Below the pieces are notes generated by a model. The model was given only the letters and a program-made list of their open reading frames with translations, did not search any database and was not told where the DNA came from. DNA of 64,000 nucleotides, taken from Planctomycetota bacterium. Lineage in GTDB: Bacteria > Planctomycetota > UBA1135 > UBA2386. How positions within the stretch are numbered: the stretch's first letter is position 1; the number at the start of each line of letters is the position of its first letter. The position numbers and the translations under genes are program-made. Location of the stretch: contig JBKAGP010000001.1 in the NCBI GenBank assembly GCA_046290465.1, positions 5,152,001 through 5,216,000 on the forward strand. Reading direction: 5' to 3'. This document shows positions 51,210 to 60,885 of the stretch, piece after piece.

Positions 51210-52325
51210 ATGGCAAAGGTGGTTCTGATCGACGACGAGGCGCGCCTGCTGGCGACGCTGGCACGCTTCCTGGAGCGTCAGGGCTGCGACGTCGTGCAGG
51301 CCACCAGCTTCGCGCAGGCCGACGAGCACCTGCAGCCCGGACGGTTCGAGGTGCTGGTCACCGACATCGTCATGCCCGACTACGACGGCATCCGCGTGCT
51401 GCGCGAGGTCGTCGAGGAGCGCAAGTGCCAGGAGCCGGTCATCCTGATCACCGGCGAACCCAACCTCGAGACCGCCTCGCAGGCCGTGCGCAGCGGCGCC
51501 TTCGACTACATCCAGAAGCCGGTCACCAAGGACCGCCTGCTCGAGGTCGTCAACCGCGGTCTGCGCCACGTCAAGCTGCTGCGCGAACGCGACCAGGCCC
51601 AGCAGCGAGAGCTGCAGTTGCTGAAGAACCTGGCCGAGCTCGGCGAGTCCGCGTCGGTGCTGAGCCACGAGATCAAGACGCCGATCAACGGCCTGCGCCA
51701 CGCGCTGCGGGCGGTCGGCGACAAGCTCGGCGTCGAGGACGGGGTGCTGATCGAGGAGTTCGTCGGCAACCTCGGCCGCATCGAGCGCCTGCTCGGCGAG
51801 ACGCTGTCGTTCGCCAAGCCGCTGATCCCCAAGCTGCAGATCGTGCCGCTGCGCGAGGTCGTCGAGCGCGCGGTCTCCGAGAGCCGCGCCCACGAGGCCT
51901 TCGCCAACATGCAGGTCGACGTCGACGTCGACGAACGGCTGCGCGTCGAGGTCGACCCGCAGATCCTCGGTGAGGTGTTCGCCAACCTGATGCGCAACGC
52001 CGCCGACGCGTGCGGTGGCACCGGTTCGGTCTCGGTGTGCGCCAGGCGCTGCGAGGCGGGCCTCAGCATCGACGTCGTCGACGACGGGCCGGGGGTGCCC
52101 GACGCCATGCGCGACGAAATCTTCAAGCCGTTCCGCAGTTCCAAGGACAGCGGCAATGGCATCGGCCTCGCGTTCTCGAGAAAGGTCGTCGAGGCGCACG
52201 GTGGCGCCATCGATCTCGTCGGCAGCACCGAGGGTGCCTGCTTCCGGATCGAGTTGCCCGACAAGGCGGTGATCGAATCGGGTTCGGGAGCGGCACGTTC
52301 GCGGGCCCGATCCACGACGGAGTAA
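51210..52325 (+). CDS. Hybrid receiver-histidine kinase
   Basis: LIDDE, TDIVMP receiver; SHEIKTP, NLMRNA, DDGPG, GIGL. Confidence 0.92.
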   Translation: MAKVVLIDDEARLLATLARFLERQGCDVVQATSFAQADEHLQPGRFEVLVTDIVMPDYDGIRVLREVVEERKCQEPVILITGEPNLETASQAVRSGAFDYIQKPVTKDRLLEVVNRGLRHVKLLRERDQAQQRELQLLKNLAELGESASVLSHEIKTPINGLRHALRAVGDKLGVEDGVLIEEFVGNLGRIERLLGETLSFAKPLIPKLQIVPLREVVERAVSESRAHEAFANMQVDVDVDERLRVEVDPQILGEVFANLMRNAADACGGTGSVSVCARRCEAGLSIDVVDDGPGVPDAMRDEIFKPFRSSKDSGNGIGLAFSRKVVEAHGGAIDLVGSTEGACFRIELPDKAVIESGSGAARSRARSTTE

Positions 52326-52327
52326 CC

Positions 52328-52993
52328 ATGGAAGAGACGAAGCAGATCAACATCGTCCTGATCGACGACCAGGCCATCGTCCGAGCAGCGTTCAAGTCGC
52401 TGCTCGAGAGCGTGGACCGGTTCCGTGTCGTCGGGGACGCGGGCGACGCGCGGTCGGGCATCGAGCTCGTCGGCGAGAAGCGGCCCGACGTCGTGATCCT
52501 CGACATCACCATGGCCGGCATGTCCGGCCTCGATGCGGTCGCGCCGATCAAGCGGGTGTCGCCCCGCACGCACGTGCTGATGGCGTCGCAGCACGAGGGC
52601 ATGAAGTTCGTGCAGCAGGCGCTGCAGGCGGGCGCCGACGGCTACCTGTCCAAGGACAGCGAGCCCGAAGAGCTCAGCCTGGCGATCGACTCGATCGTGC
52701 GCGGCGACTCCTACCTGTCGCCCAAGGTCGCCAACGGCTTCATGGCGCGCGCCGTGCGCGGCGAGGCGTCGCCGACCGACGAGGCTTCGGCGCTGGCGGT
52801 GCTGACGCCGCGGGAGCGCGAGGTGTTCCAGCTGCTCGCGCTGGGCAAGGCCAACAAGGAAGTGGCGGCGGTGCTCGACCTGTCGCTCGGCACCGTCAAG
52901 AAGCACCGCGAGAACCTGCAGCGCAAGCTCGACTGCCACTCGGCCGCGGAGCTCGCGCGGCTGGCGATCCGCGAAGGCCTGCTGGACGTCTGA
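52328..52993 (+). CDS. NarL/LuxR-family response regulator
   Basis: LIDDQ, ILDITM receiver; LTPREREV...NKEVA...TVKKHR HTH. Confidence 0.94.
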   Translation: MEETKQINIVLIDDQAIVRAAFKSLLESVDRFRVVGDAGDARSGIELVGEKRPDVVILDITMAGMSGLDAVAPIKRVSPRTHVLMASQHEGMKFVQQALQAGADGYLSKDSEPEELSLAIDSIVRGDSYLSPKVANGFMARAVRGEASPTDEASALAVLTPREREVFQLLALGKANKEVAAVLDLSLGTVKKHRENLQRKLDCHSAAELARLAIREGLLDV

Positions 52994-53047
52994 TCGCGCC
53001 CTGTTGGGGTGTCGGACCTGGCCCTCGTGCGAGGGGCCACGCCGCCG

Positions 53048-53500
53048 CTACGACGGCGCGCGGACCGTCAGCACCGGGCACTTGGACAGGCGCACGACCT
53101 TCTCCGCAGTGCTGCCGAGCAGCGCGTGCGTCAGGCCGGTGTGGCCGTGCGTGCCCATCACGATCATGTCGGCGCTCTCCTCGCTCGCGCACTTCATCGT
53201 CGCCTCGTGCGCCTCGCCGTCGCGCAGCACGCAGCGCACCCGCAGCTTCGGCAGCGCCTTGACCGCTTCCGTGGCGCGCTCCTGCAGCGTCTCCTTGGCC
53301 TTCTCGTGCAGCTCTTCCTGGATGTGTTCGAGCGAGTGCGACATGCCGAAGCTGCGCAGCGGGTAGCTCATCTCCGGGATCACGTGCAGCAGCACGAGCT
53401 CGGCGTCGAACGAGTCGGCCATCGTGGCGGCGTAGTCGACCGCCTTGGACGAAGTGGGGGAGAAGTCGGTCGGGCAGATGATGCGGTCGAGCTTGATCAT
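53048..53500 (-). CDS. Universal stress protein
   Basis: PTDFS, IVMGTHGHTG, LGSTAEKVVR..CPVLTV. Confidence 0.94.
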   Translation of the reverse strand: MIKLDRIICPTDFSPTSSKAVDYAATMADSFDAELVLLHVIPEMSYPLRSFGMSHSLEHIQEELHEKAKETLQERATEAVKALPKLRVRCVLRDGEAHEATMKCASEESADMIVMGTHGHTGLTHALLGSTAEKVVRLSKCPVLTVRAPS

Positions 53501-53619
53501 GGGGTCCTCGTTGGTTGCGACGCATCATCCAGCGAACGGCACGCCGTGTCCTCGCACAAGTACGCAGATCTGCGCAATGGCCTGTCGACAGTGCGCGCAT
53601 GCGGCGGTTGACTTCTGGC

Positions 53620-54474
53620 ATGGACCTCGAGCCCGAAGGCATCGTGCCGCCGGACACCGACCAGGGCGTCGGCGCGGATCCGGTCGTGCGCGACATCGAG
53701 CAGATGCTCGCCGACGGCAGGCTCGAACAGGCAGTTGCCGCGATCGACGCGGCGATCCGCGATGGCCACGGCATCGCATCGGACCTGACGTTCTTGCGCG
53801 GCGACGCCTACCTCGGCCTCGGCATGGCGCGCGAGGCGGAGGCGCAGTTCCGCGAGGTGCTGCGCTCGGACCCGGACTGTCCGTCGTCCCGCTGCTGGCT
53901 GGCGATGAGCCTGTTTCTGCAGTGGCGCTTCGACGAAGCGCAGGTCGCGATCGAGGCGGCGCGCGCGCTGCCCGACGCGCTGGCCGACGCCGACGTGATC
54001 GCCGGCTGCCTGCTCGAACGTCGCGGCGAGTTCGAAGCCGCGGAGGGGCTGTTCGAGCACGCGGCGACCGCGATGCCCGACAAGTACGTGGTGCCGACGC
54101 GCGTCAGCCGCAACGAGTTCGACAAGCAGGTGCAGCGGGCCGCGCGCGGCCTGCCGCGGCAGTTCCGCAAGAGCCTCGACCGGGTGCCGGTGGTCGTGCA
54201 GGACCTGCCAGAAGAAGAGCTGCTCGAGGGCGAGGATCGCGACGAGGTGTCGCCCGACATGCTCGGCCTGTTCGACGGCGTGCCGCTGCCGGAGACCGGC
54301 GACTACGACGGGGCCCTGCGGCCCAATCGCATCTACTTGTTCCAGCGCAACCTCGAGCGCATGTCGGCGACCCGCGAAGAGCTCGACGAGCAGATCCGGA
54401 TCACCCTCTACCACGAGTTGGGGCACTACCTCGGCTTCGAGGAGGAGGACATGGACGACCTCGGGCTCGCGTAG
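53620..54474 (+). CDS. TPR + minimal zincin metallopeptidase
   Basis: TPR-like N-half; LGLFDG, IYLFQRN, TLYHELGHYLG. Confidence 0.88.
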   Translation: MDLEPEGIVPPDTDQGVGADPVVRDIEQMLADGRLEQAVAAIDAAIRDGHGIASDLTFLRGDAYLGLGMAREAEAQFREVLRSDPDCPSSRCWLAMSLFLQWRFDEAQVAIEAARALPDALADADVIAGCLLERRGEFEAAEGLFEHAATAMPDKYVVPTRVSRNEFDKQVQRAARGLPRQFRKSLDRVPVVVQDLPEEELLEGEDRDEVSPDMLGLFDGVPLPETGDYDGALRPNRIYLFQRNLERMSATREELDEQIRITLYHELGHYLGFEEEDMDDLGLA

Positions 54475-54554
54475 CACGGCGGGCGCGCACAGCCGGCCGG
54501 CACAGCGGACTCGCACAGCTGGCTCTCGTCGGGGCGCGCGCCCTCCGGCGGTCG

Positions 54555-55772
54555 TCAGCGCGCGTCCGCGCGCACGTTCTCGCCGAGGTGCGTCATCAGT
54601 TCGCGCACCTTGTCGTAGTCCTCGTGCCGCAGCCGGAACCACGTGTTGACCAGCCAGCCGCGGTCGAGGCCCTTCGTCGGCGTGCCCGCCTTCGGGATCG
54701 AGTGCTCGTAGATCGCGTCGCCGCAGTGCTGCAGCGCTGCCTCGAGGCCGCGGTGGCCTACGTAGCGGCCGTCCTTGCTCGGGCGGATCTGGATCGAGCC
54801 CGCGGCGAAGCGGCGCGACGGCGTCTTTTGGCCCGGCTTGCCGAAGATCGCCAGCGCCCACTCGCGGTAGACGTCGAACTCATTGGCGACGCGATACATG
54901 TCCCAGATCTTCTCGCCGGCCGGGCGTGCGCCGATCTCGCCGAACTTCAGCCCCTTCGGCCCGAAGAACCACTCCATGTGCGTCGCGCAGTTGCGTAGCT
55001 GCAGCGCGTCGACGATGCGCTGGTTCATCGCGCGCAGCTCCTGGTAGCCCTTCTCGTCGAGGCGGTTGGTCACCGCGATCTGCGGCGAGATCCACCGGTG
55101 CAGCGTCGCCTCGAGGCAGCCGGGGTAGTAGTGCGAGCCGAACTCGTGGCGCACCCCGTCGTCGTCGCACATCGTGTCGAAGAAGCCCTCGTGGCCCTCG
55201 ATGAACTCCTCCAGCGCGATGCGGCGCTTGGGCGACGGCTTGAGCTTCTTCAGGGCCTCTTCGAGCTGCTTCTGGTCGTCGCAGCGGTAGGTCGCCAGCG
55301 AGCCGAAGCCGTCGACCGGTTTGGCGACGATCGGGTAGCCGCAGCGCTCGGCGAACGCGACCGCTTCGGCGACCGACGTGACCGACTCCGACATCGCGCA
55401 CGGCACGTCGTGTTCGCGCAGGAACTCCTTCATCGCGACCTTGTCGCGGCACAGCTTCGCGGTCGCCAGCGACAGGCCCGGCACGCCGAAGTGTTCGCGC
55501 AGGGCCGCGGCGGGGTCGACCAGCGGCTCGTCGATGGTCTCGATGCGGTCGAAGCCCGGCTGCGCCAGTTCGGTCGCAGCCGCCTGCATCGCCTTGCCGT
55601 CGAGCACGTTCGGGCAGGCCCGGTAGTCGTCGAGCAGGTGCCGTGCCTGCGGCGTCAGCTGTTCGCGGCCGGTCGGGCCGATGCCCGAGACTCGCGCGCC
55701 GAGGTCCTTGAGGCCACGCAGGAAGCCGTGGTTGTAGACGTGCGTGTCGGGCGCGAGGAAGAGAACGTTCAT
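54555..55772 (-). CDS. ATP-grasp domain protein
   Basis: CRDKVAMK, GYPIVAKPVDGFGS, EEFIEGHE, THMEWF, EIGARP. Confidence 0.9.
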   Translation of the reverse strand: MNVLFLAPDTHVYNHGFLRGLKDLGARVSGIGPTGREQLTPQARHLLDDYRACPNVLDGKAMQAAATELAQPGFDRIETIDEPLVDPAAALREHFGVPGLSLATAKLCRDKVAMKEFLREHDVPCAMSESVTSVAEAVAFAERCGYPIVAKPVDGFGSLATYRCDDQKQLEEALKKLKPSPKRRIALEEFIEGHEGFFDTMCDDDGVRHEFGSHYYPGCLEATLHRWISPQIAVTNRLDEKGYQELRAMNQRIVDALQLRNCATHMEWFFGPKGLKFGEIGARPAGEKIWDMYRVANEFDVYREWALAIFGKPGQKTPSRRFAAGSIQIRPSKDGRYVGHRGLEAALQHCGDAIYEHSIPKAGTPTKGLDRGWLVNTWFRLRHEDYDKVRELMTHLGENVRADAR

Positions 55773-55800
55773 GGCTGCACCCAAACGTAGCGCGGCGGCG

Positions 55801-55832
55801 CGCTCAGGGCATCAGCCGCTCAGGGCATCAGC
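55801..55832. repeat. 16-bp perfect tandem duplication CGCTCAGGGCATCAGC x2
   Basis: 55801-55816 and 55817-55832; overlaps the dtd stop codon. Confidence 0.88.
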
Positions 55833-56298
55833 GCTGTGGCACGCGCGGTTGCGCCTTGCCGTCGAGCACGCGCAGCAGGTAGGTCATCGGGCCGTCGTTG
55901 ACCAGTTCGACCTCCATCGATGCGGCGAACCGTCCGGTTGCGACGGTCAGGCCCGCGTCGCGCAGCCGTGCTGCGACCCGTTCGTAGAGCGGGCGCGCCA
56001 GGTCGGGGTGCGCGGCGGCGGTGAAGTCTGGCCGGTTGCCGCGCTGCAGTTCGGCGGCGAGCGTGAACTGGCTGACCACCAGACAGCCGCCGCCGATGTC
56101 CGCCACCGACAGGTCGGTCGGCTTGTCCTTGGGGAAGATGCGCAGGTTCTGCACCTTGCGCGCCGTCTCCTCGGCGTCTCGGGGCGTGTCGCCCTCTTCG
56201 ACGCCGACGAACAGCAGCAGCCCGCGGTCGATCTCGCCGACGGTCTCGCCGGCGACGACGACGCGGGCGCGCTGGACTCGTTGCACGACCGTGATCAC
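55828..56298 (-). CDS. dtd: D-aminoacyl-tRNA deacylase
   Basis: VVQRV, LRIF, VSQFTL, GNRPDF, TGRFAASMEVELVNDGP. Confidence 0.95.
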   Translation of the reverse strand: MITVVQRVQRARVVVAGETVGEIDRGLLLFVGVEEGDTPRDAEETARKVQNLRIFPKDKPTDLSVADIGGGCLVVSQFTLAAELQRGNRPDFTAAAHPDLARPLYERVAARLRDAGLTVATGRFAASMEVELVNDGPMTYLLRVLDGKAQPRVPQR

Positions 56299-56339
56299 GC
56301 CGGCAGGCTATCCGGCCCGCCGGCCTGTCGCGACGCGCG

Positions 56340-56798
56340 CTACTCGGCGCGCACGGTGATCTGCGCCGGCTTCGCCTCGGCCTGCTTGGGCACGGTGACC
56401 GTCAGCACGCCGTTCTTGTAGACCGCCTCGACGCCGTCGTCGGCGGCGTTCTTCGGCAGCTGGATCGCGCGCGAGAACTCGCCGTAGCGGTGCTCGACGC
56501 GGTGCCAGCGGCGCCCGTCGCTCGCCTCGTCGTCCGTCTTGCGGGCGTCCAGGCGGTTCGCCTTGACGGTCAGCGTGCGCTCGTGCAGCTGGACCTGGAT
56601 GTCGGCCTCGGCGACGCCCGGCAGCTCGAACGCCAGCTCGTAGCCGCCGTCGGTCTCGCTGATGTTGGTGCGCGGCATGTTGCCGCGCCGGGCCTCCTGG
56701 CCGTAGAAGTCGGCGAGCGAGTCGCCGAAGACGCGGCCGAACAGGTCGTCGAAGGAGCTACGGGTCTTGGGAAGGGAGCACTGGTTCTTGAGCATCAT
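56340..56798 (-). CDS. Hsp20/alpha-crystallin small heat shock protein
   Basis: ELPGV, HRVEHRYGEFSRAIQLP, AVYKNGVLTVTVPK; GAGAGG SD. Confidence 0.93.
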   Translation of the reverse strand: MMLKNQCSLPKTRSSFDDLFGRVFGDSLADFYGQEARRGNMPRTNISETDGGYELAFELPGVAEADIQVQLHERTLTVKANRLDARKTDDEASDGRRWHRVEHRYGEFSRAIQLPKNAADDGVEAVYKNGVLTVTVPKQAEAKPAQITVRAE

Positions 56799-56831
56799 GT
56801 TCTTGCCTCTCTCGTTTGGTGGGGGTCGAGA

Positions 56832-56847
56832 AGCAAGCGGTGTGCCA
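56832..56847 (-). promoter_or_regulatory. Consensus sigma-54 -24/-12 promoter of hsp20
   Basis: Minus strand reads TGGCACACCGCTTGCT, matching TGGCAC-N5-TTGC. Confidence 0.85.
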
Positions 56848-56927
56848 TGATGGCGAAGTAGTCGTAAATGGCGTTTCCAAAGATGGTTGATGGCGATAGC
56901 GAGCGCCGGCCATCGTCGCCTGAAGCG

Positions 56928-56956
56928 GTCAGTTTGGCAGTGGCTGCCAGAATGGC
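56928..56956 (-). promoter_or_regulatory. Putative enhancer (UAS) pair upstream of hsp20
   Basis: Minus strand GCCATTCTGGCAG-cca-CTGCCAAACTGAC, about 80 bp upstream of -24, as for clpB. Confidence 0.6.
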
Positions 56957-58527
56957 TACGCCGACGGGAACCGCTTCCACACCCGCTTGCGGTCGAGCCG
57001 CTCGACGGCGTCGGCAGCCACCGCGCGCGTGACCGTCGCCGCGACCGCGTGCACTGCCGAAAGCCCGCCGAGGGCCGCCGCCGTCCAGGCGCCGTCCGTG
57101 CTGTCGGCCGACGCCGCGTGCACCCAGCCGAGCAGCCGTTCACAGGCGACCTCGTGGTCGCAGACGACGCCGAGTCGCTGCTGCACGCGGGCGACCGCTC
57201 GCAGCGACTTGCGGTAGTCCATGCCCGGCAGGTCGGCGAACTGCTCGGCCAGGTAGCGCGTGCGCTTGGCGGTCAGGCGCAGCCGGTGCAGCGGTTCGGT
57301 GGGCAGCTCCGCGGGGATCGCCGCGACCTGCTTGCGCAGGTTCGCGACTTCGCGGGCCAGCAGGGCCGGCGCCGCCTGGGCCATCGGTTCGGCCGCGAGC
57401 GGCGCGCGCTCGTCGATCGCGGCGGCGTCGCGTTCGAACTGGTCGTTCGCCGTGAGTCGTTCCGGGCTGCGCAGCCAGGCCTGCATCTGCGCATGCGCGG
57501 CGGCGCGCTGTCGGTGCACCCAGTCGAGCGTGCGGCTGCCGGCCGGCTGCAGCTGCGGCGGCAGCGCCTCGAGTTCGGCGGGCAGCCGTTCGAGCATCAC
57601 GTCGAGGTCGCGCACCGTGCCGAGCCGTCGGCCGGTCTCACCGAGGTGGCAGAGCAGGCGGCTGGCGACCTCCTCCGGCCACAGGGCGCGGAACGCGCGG
57701 GCGAGGCTGCGCATGCGGCGGATCGTGACCCGCATCTGGTGCAGGTCCTCCGGATCGGAGCCCTCGCGCACACCGATCTCGTAGCGGCGCATCGTCGCGA
57801 GCCCGCCGCGCAGCTGTTCGACGACGGCCTGGCCGGCCGGCTGGTTGCCGCGTTCGCGCTTGGTTTGCTTCTTCGCCTGGCGATGCGGCGCCGCGTCGGG
57901 GTGTTCGATGCCGAGCAGGGCCGCCGCGTGGGTCGGCTTGTCGTCGGTCGCGAACTCGATCGGCAGCCGCTCGCGCAGCTCGTGGGCGATGCGTTCGTTG
58001 GTGGGGACGTCGTCGATCACCTCGAGTTCGACCTCCTGGAACGTCGCGCTGCGGCCGTTGGCCAGCGCCTCGACCGAGTCGATCGCCAGCTCGCAGAGGT
58101 CGGCGCCGCCCTCGGTCAGCACGCGGATCTCGCGCTGCACCTCGAGCCGCTGGCGCGGGCGCAGCGTGCGGTCGAGCACGAACGGCTGCACCACGTCGCG
58201 CAGTTCGTCCGGGAGTTCGGCGGCGCTGCGTGGCAGCTCCTCGCGGTGCCACGTCGCTTCGACCTCGCGTCGCACGTGCATAGTGCCCTCGAGCCTGCCG
58301 CGCGTCTTGCAGGTCAGCCGCCGCCCCTTGCGGCCCTCGCGCAGCCGCAGGCCGATGCTGTTGCGGTGCAGGGACCCGAACTCGTCGTCGAGGTAGGTGT
58401 CCGAGTGGTGCAGGCTCTCGCTCAGGCGGCAGGCGACGCCGAGCTCACGCAGCGCGGCGTCGACCGCGGCGACCTCGATGGCCTGGCGTGCGCGCAGCTT
58501 GAACTCGGACTCGGTGCTGTCGGCCAT
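56956..58527 (-). CDS. CYTH + CHAD domain protein (polyphosphate-associated)
   Basis: ESEFK, DTYLDD, LRLR, EVELE (CYTH); EDLHQMRVTIRRMRS, LHRLRLTAKRTRY (CHAD). Confidence 0.92.
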   Translation of the reverse strand: MADSTESEFKLRARQAIEVAAVDAALRELGVACRLSESLHHSDTYLDDEFGSLHRNSIGLRLREGRKGRRLTCKTRGRLEGTMHVRREVEATWHREELPRSAAELPDELRDVVQPFVLDRTLRPRQRLEVQREIRVLTEGGADLCELAIDSVEALANGRSATFQEVELEVIDDVPTNERIAHELRERLPIEFATDDKPTHAAALLGIEHPDAAPHRQAKKQTKRERGNQPAGQAVVEQLRGGLATMRRYEIGVREGSDPEDLHQMRVTIRRMRSLARAFRALWPEEVASRLLCHLGETGRRLGTVRDLDVMLERLPAELEALPPQLQPAGSRTLDWVHRQRAAAHAQMQAWLRSPERLTANDQFERDAAAIDERAPLAAEPMAQAAPALLAREVANLRKQVAAIPAELPTEPLHRLRLTAKRTRYLAEQFADLPGMDYRKSLRAVARVQQRLGVVCDHEVACERLLGWVHAASADSTDGAWTAAALGGLSAVHAVAATVTRAVAADAVERLDRKRVWKRFPSA

Positions 58528-58562
58528 GTTGCCCCTTCATCGGTGTCGTCGTCGGCGGTCGG

Positions 58563-60101
58563 TCACGGCAGGACCAGGGCCGGCTTGAGGCCGAAGAGCT
58601 GCGCGAACAGCGCGCCCTTGGCGGAGACGGCCTTGGCCTCGAGCGTCAGGCGGGTGATCTCGTCAGGGGCGACGACCGGCTGCAGCTCGAGCATGTCGTC
58701 GCCGATCGTAACCTCGACGCCGCGCACCACGCCGGCGTGCTGACGGTCGAGCGCGTCGGCGAGGCGGAGCAGCGCAGCGAGCCGCTCGATCATGCCGCGG
58801 TCGCGCCGGCGCAGCGCCATGTAGTCCTCGTGGTCCCGTGACGGCGCCGCCTTGCGGTGGTAGCGGGCCAGCATCGCGACCAGGTGCCGTTCGTAGCTGC
58901 CGAGGCCGACCAGGTCGGTCGACTCGATCAGGTACTGTGAGTGCTTGTGGTGGCCGTCGTTGTTGACGGCGACGCCGACGTCGTGCAGCAGCGCGGCGGC
59001 CTCGAGCAGCACGCGCGCGCGGTCGCCGAGGCCGTGCAGCTTGCTGGTCTGGTCGAACAGCTGGCGCGCCAGTTCGAGCACCGACTCGGCGTGCTGGGCC
59101 TCGTAGTGGAAGCGCTTGCCGAGCGCCCGGCACGAGCCGAGCACGACGTCGACGTGGTCCTCCGCCGCGAACTTCTCCTTGCGCCCGCGCACGACCTCGA
59201 CGAGCAGGCCGTCCTTGATGCCGGCGCGCGGCACCAGCACGTGCTCGGCGCCGGCGAGCTTGCCGAGGTGCACGTAGACGAGGCCGGCCGGCACGATCGT
59301 GTCAGCGCGGTCCTGGCGCAGGTCGTGCTTCTTGATCCGTTCTGCGACCTTCATGCCGGCGAGGTCGCGCACCTCGTCCTCGAGGTCCGCCAGCGTGCAT
59401 GCGTCGATGCCCTCCTTGCGGCGCGGGCCGACCCGTTGGCCGACCAGGTCGGCGAGGCTGTCGATGTTGCCGCCGACGGCGACGTAGCGGTCGATGCGGC
59501 CGCCGTCGAAGCTCTCGGCGATGCGGTGCTCGAGCGTCTTGAGGTGCTTCTGCATCAGGTCGACGAACGCCTCCTCGTCGGCCTCCTTGAACTGTGCGAG
59601 CATGCGCAGCGCGCCGAGGCGGTAGGAGTTGGCGTTGGCGACGTCGCCGTCCTCGACCACGACCACCTCGACCGAGCCGCCGCCGACGTCGATCAGCACC
59701 GAGCGTCCCTGTCGCAGGTCGACCCTGGTCTCGATGCCGAGTTTGAGCAGGTAGGCCTCCTGCGTGCCGGAGATCACGTCGATCTCAAAGCCCGAGGCCT
59801 CGCGCACGCGGTCGACCAGCAGGTCGCGGTTGCGCGCGTTGCGCATCGCCGACGTCGCGATCGCGCGGTGCATCTGGACGTCGTGACGTTCGCAGCTGCT
59901 GCGGAAGCGGCGGAAGGCGTCGACGGTGTCGGCCATCGCCGACTCCGGCAGGGTGCCGGTCTGGAACACGGCGCGGCCGAGGCGGACGGGCAGGCGGTGG
60001 GACTCGACGATGCGGTGCTCGTTGCCGCTGGCCTCGGCGATCATGAAGCGGATCGCGTTGGAGCCCATGTCGACGATGCCGATGCGCGCGTGTTCGACCA
60101 T
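58563..60101 (-). CDS. ppx: Ppx/GppA exopolyphosphatase with HD domain
   Basis: DMGSNAIR, ATSAMRNA, DVGGGSVE, AALLHDVG, HHKHS, RLADALD. Confidence 0.92.
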   Translation of the reverse strand: MVEHARIGIVDMGSNAIRFMIAEASGNEHRIVESHRLPVRLGRAVFQTGTLPESAMADTVDAFRRFRSSCERHDVQMHRAIATSAMRNARNRDLLVDRVREASGFEIDVISGTQEAYLLKLGIETRVDLRQGRSVLIDVGGGSVEVVVVEDGDVANANSYRLGALRMLAQFKEADEEAFVDLMQKHLKTLEHRIAESFDGGRIDRYVAVGGNIDSLADLVGQRVGPRRKEGIDACTLADLEDEVRDLAGMKVAERIKKHDLRQDRADTIVPAGLVYVHLGKLAGAEHVLVPRAGIKDGLLVEVVRGRKEKFAAEDHVDVVLGSCRALGKRFHYEAQHAESVLELARQLFDQTSKLHGLGDRARVLLEAAALLHDVGVAVNNDGHHKHSQYLIESTDLVGLGSYERHLVAMLARYHRKAAPSRDHEDYMALRRRDRGMIERLAALLRLADALDRQHAGVVRGVEVTIGDDMLELQPVVAPDEITRLTLEAKAVSAKGALFAQLFGLKPALVLP

Positions 60102-60207
60102 GCGGCTCCCGACACTAGCCCACCCGAGGCCCGCGCGCGATCGGCGAATCGGCGAGCCAGGAGGGCGGTCGGTGCGCGGCGGGGCCCGCTTCGCTATCGT
60201 CGGGGCC

Positions 60208-60885
60208 ATGAACTCCAGGCCGTCGGACGAAACGGACCAGCCCCAGAGCCGCTCGGGCGCAACGCCGAACGGCAAGCCCGACGAAGAGCTGTCGAGCACG
60301 CTGCAGCACGTGCAGAACGTGCAGGGCGAGGACGGCGAGGTCTCTTGGTCGAACCTGCACGACAAGATCGTCAAGTGGGTGGGCGAGGCGACCTACGGCC
60401 AGAACCTGCCGACCGACAAGAGCCGCGACGACCTGCAGCAGGAGGTGCTGATGCAGGTGTTCCGCGACATCGGCGAGTTCCAGGTCGAGCCCGGCGCGTC
60501 GTTCAGCGGCTGGGTGCGGATGATCGCGGACCGCAAGCTGAAGGACTACTGGCGGCGGACCCGTGCGAAGAAGCGCGGTGGCGGCAAGGTCAAGCACCTC
60601 GGCGATTTCGACGAGACCGGCGGGCGCGAGCGCTTCGCCGACGAGAAGGTCGAGCGGCAGAGCATGCTGGTGCGCTTCCAGGAGCTGCGCTGTGCGCTCG
60701 ACGCGGCGCTCGACAAGCTCAGCGACAAGCACAAGCGCGTGATCGAGATGCGCATGTTCCAGGGCAAGAGCTTCGCTGAGATCATGCCCGAGCTCGGCTA
60801 CACCAAGGAAGTGACCGTGCGTTCGCTGCACATGCGCGCGCTGCAGCGGCTGCAGGAGCTGATGTCGGAGTTCGGCCAGCCGTGA
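60208..60885 (+). CDS. ECF-type RNA polymerase sigma factor
   Basis: DDLQQEV, FSGWVRMIA..KLKDYWR (region 2); ALDKLSDKHKRVI...SFAEI...RALQRL (region 4). Confidence 0.88.
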   Translation: MNSRPSDETDQPQSRSGATPNGKPDEELSSTLQHVQNVQGEDGEVSWSNLHDKIVKWVGEATYGQNLPTDKSRDDLQQEVLMQVFRDIGEFQVEPGASFSGWVRMIADRKLKDYWRRTRAKKRGGGKVKHLGDFDETGGRERFADEKVERQSMLVRFQELRCALDAALDKLSDKHKRVIEMRMFQGKSFAEIMPELGYTKEVTVRSLHMRALQRLQELMSEFGQP

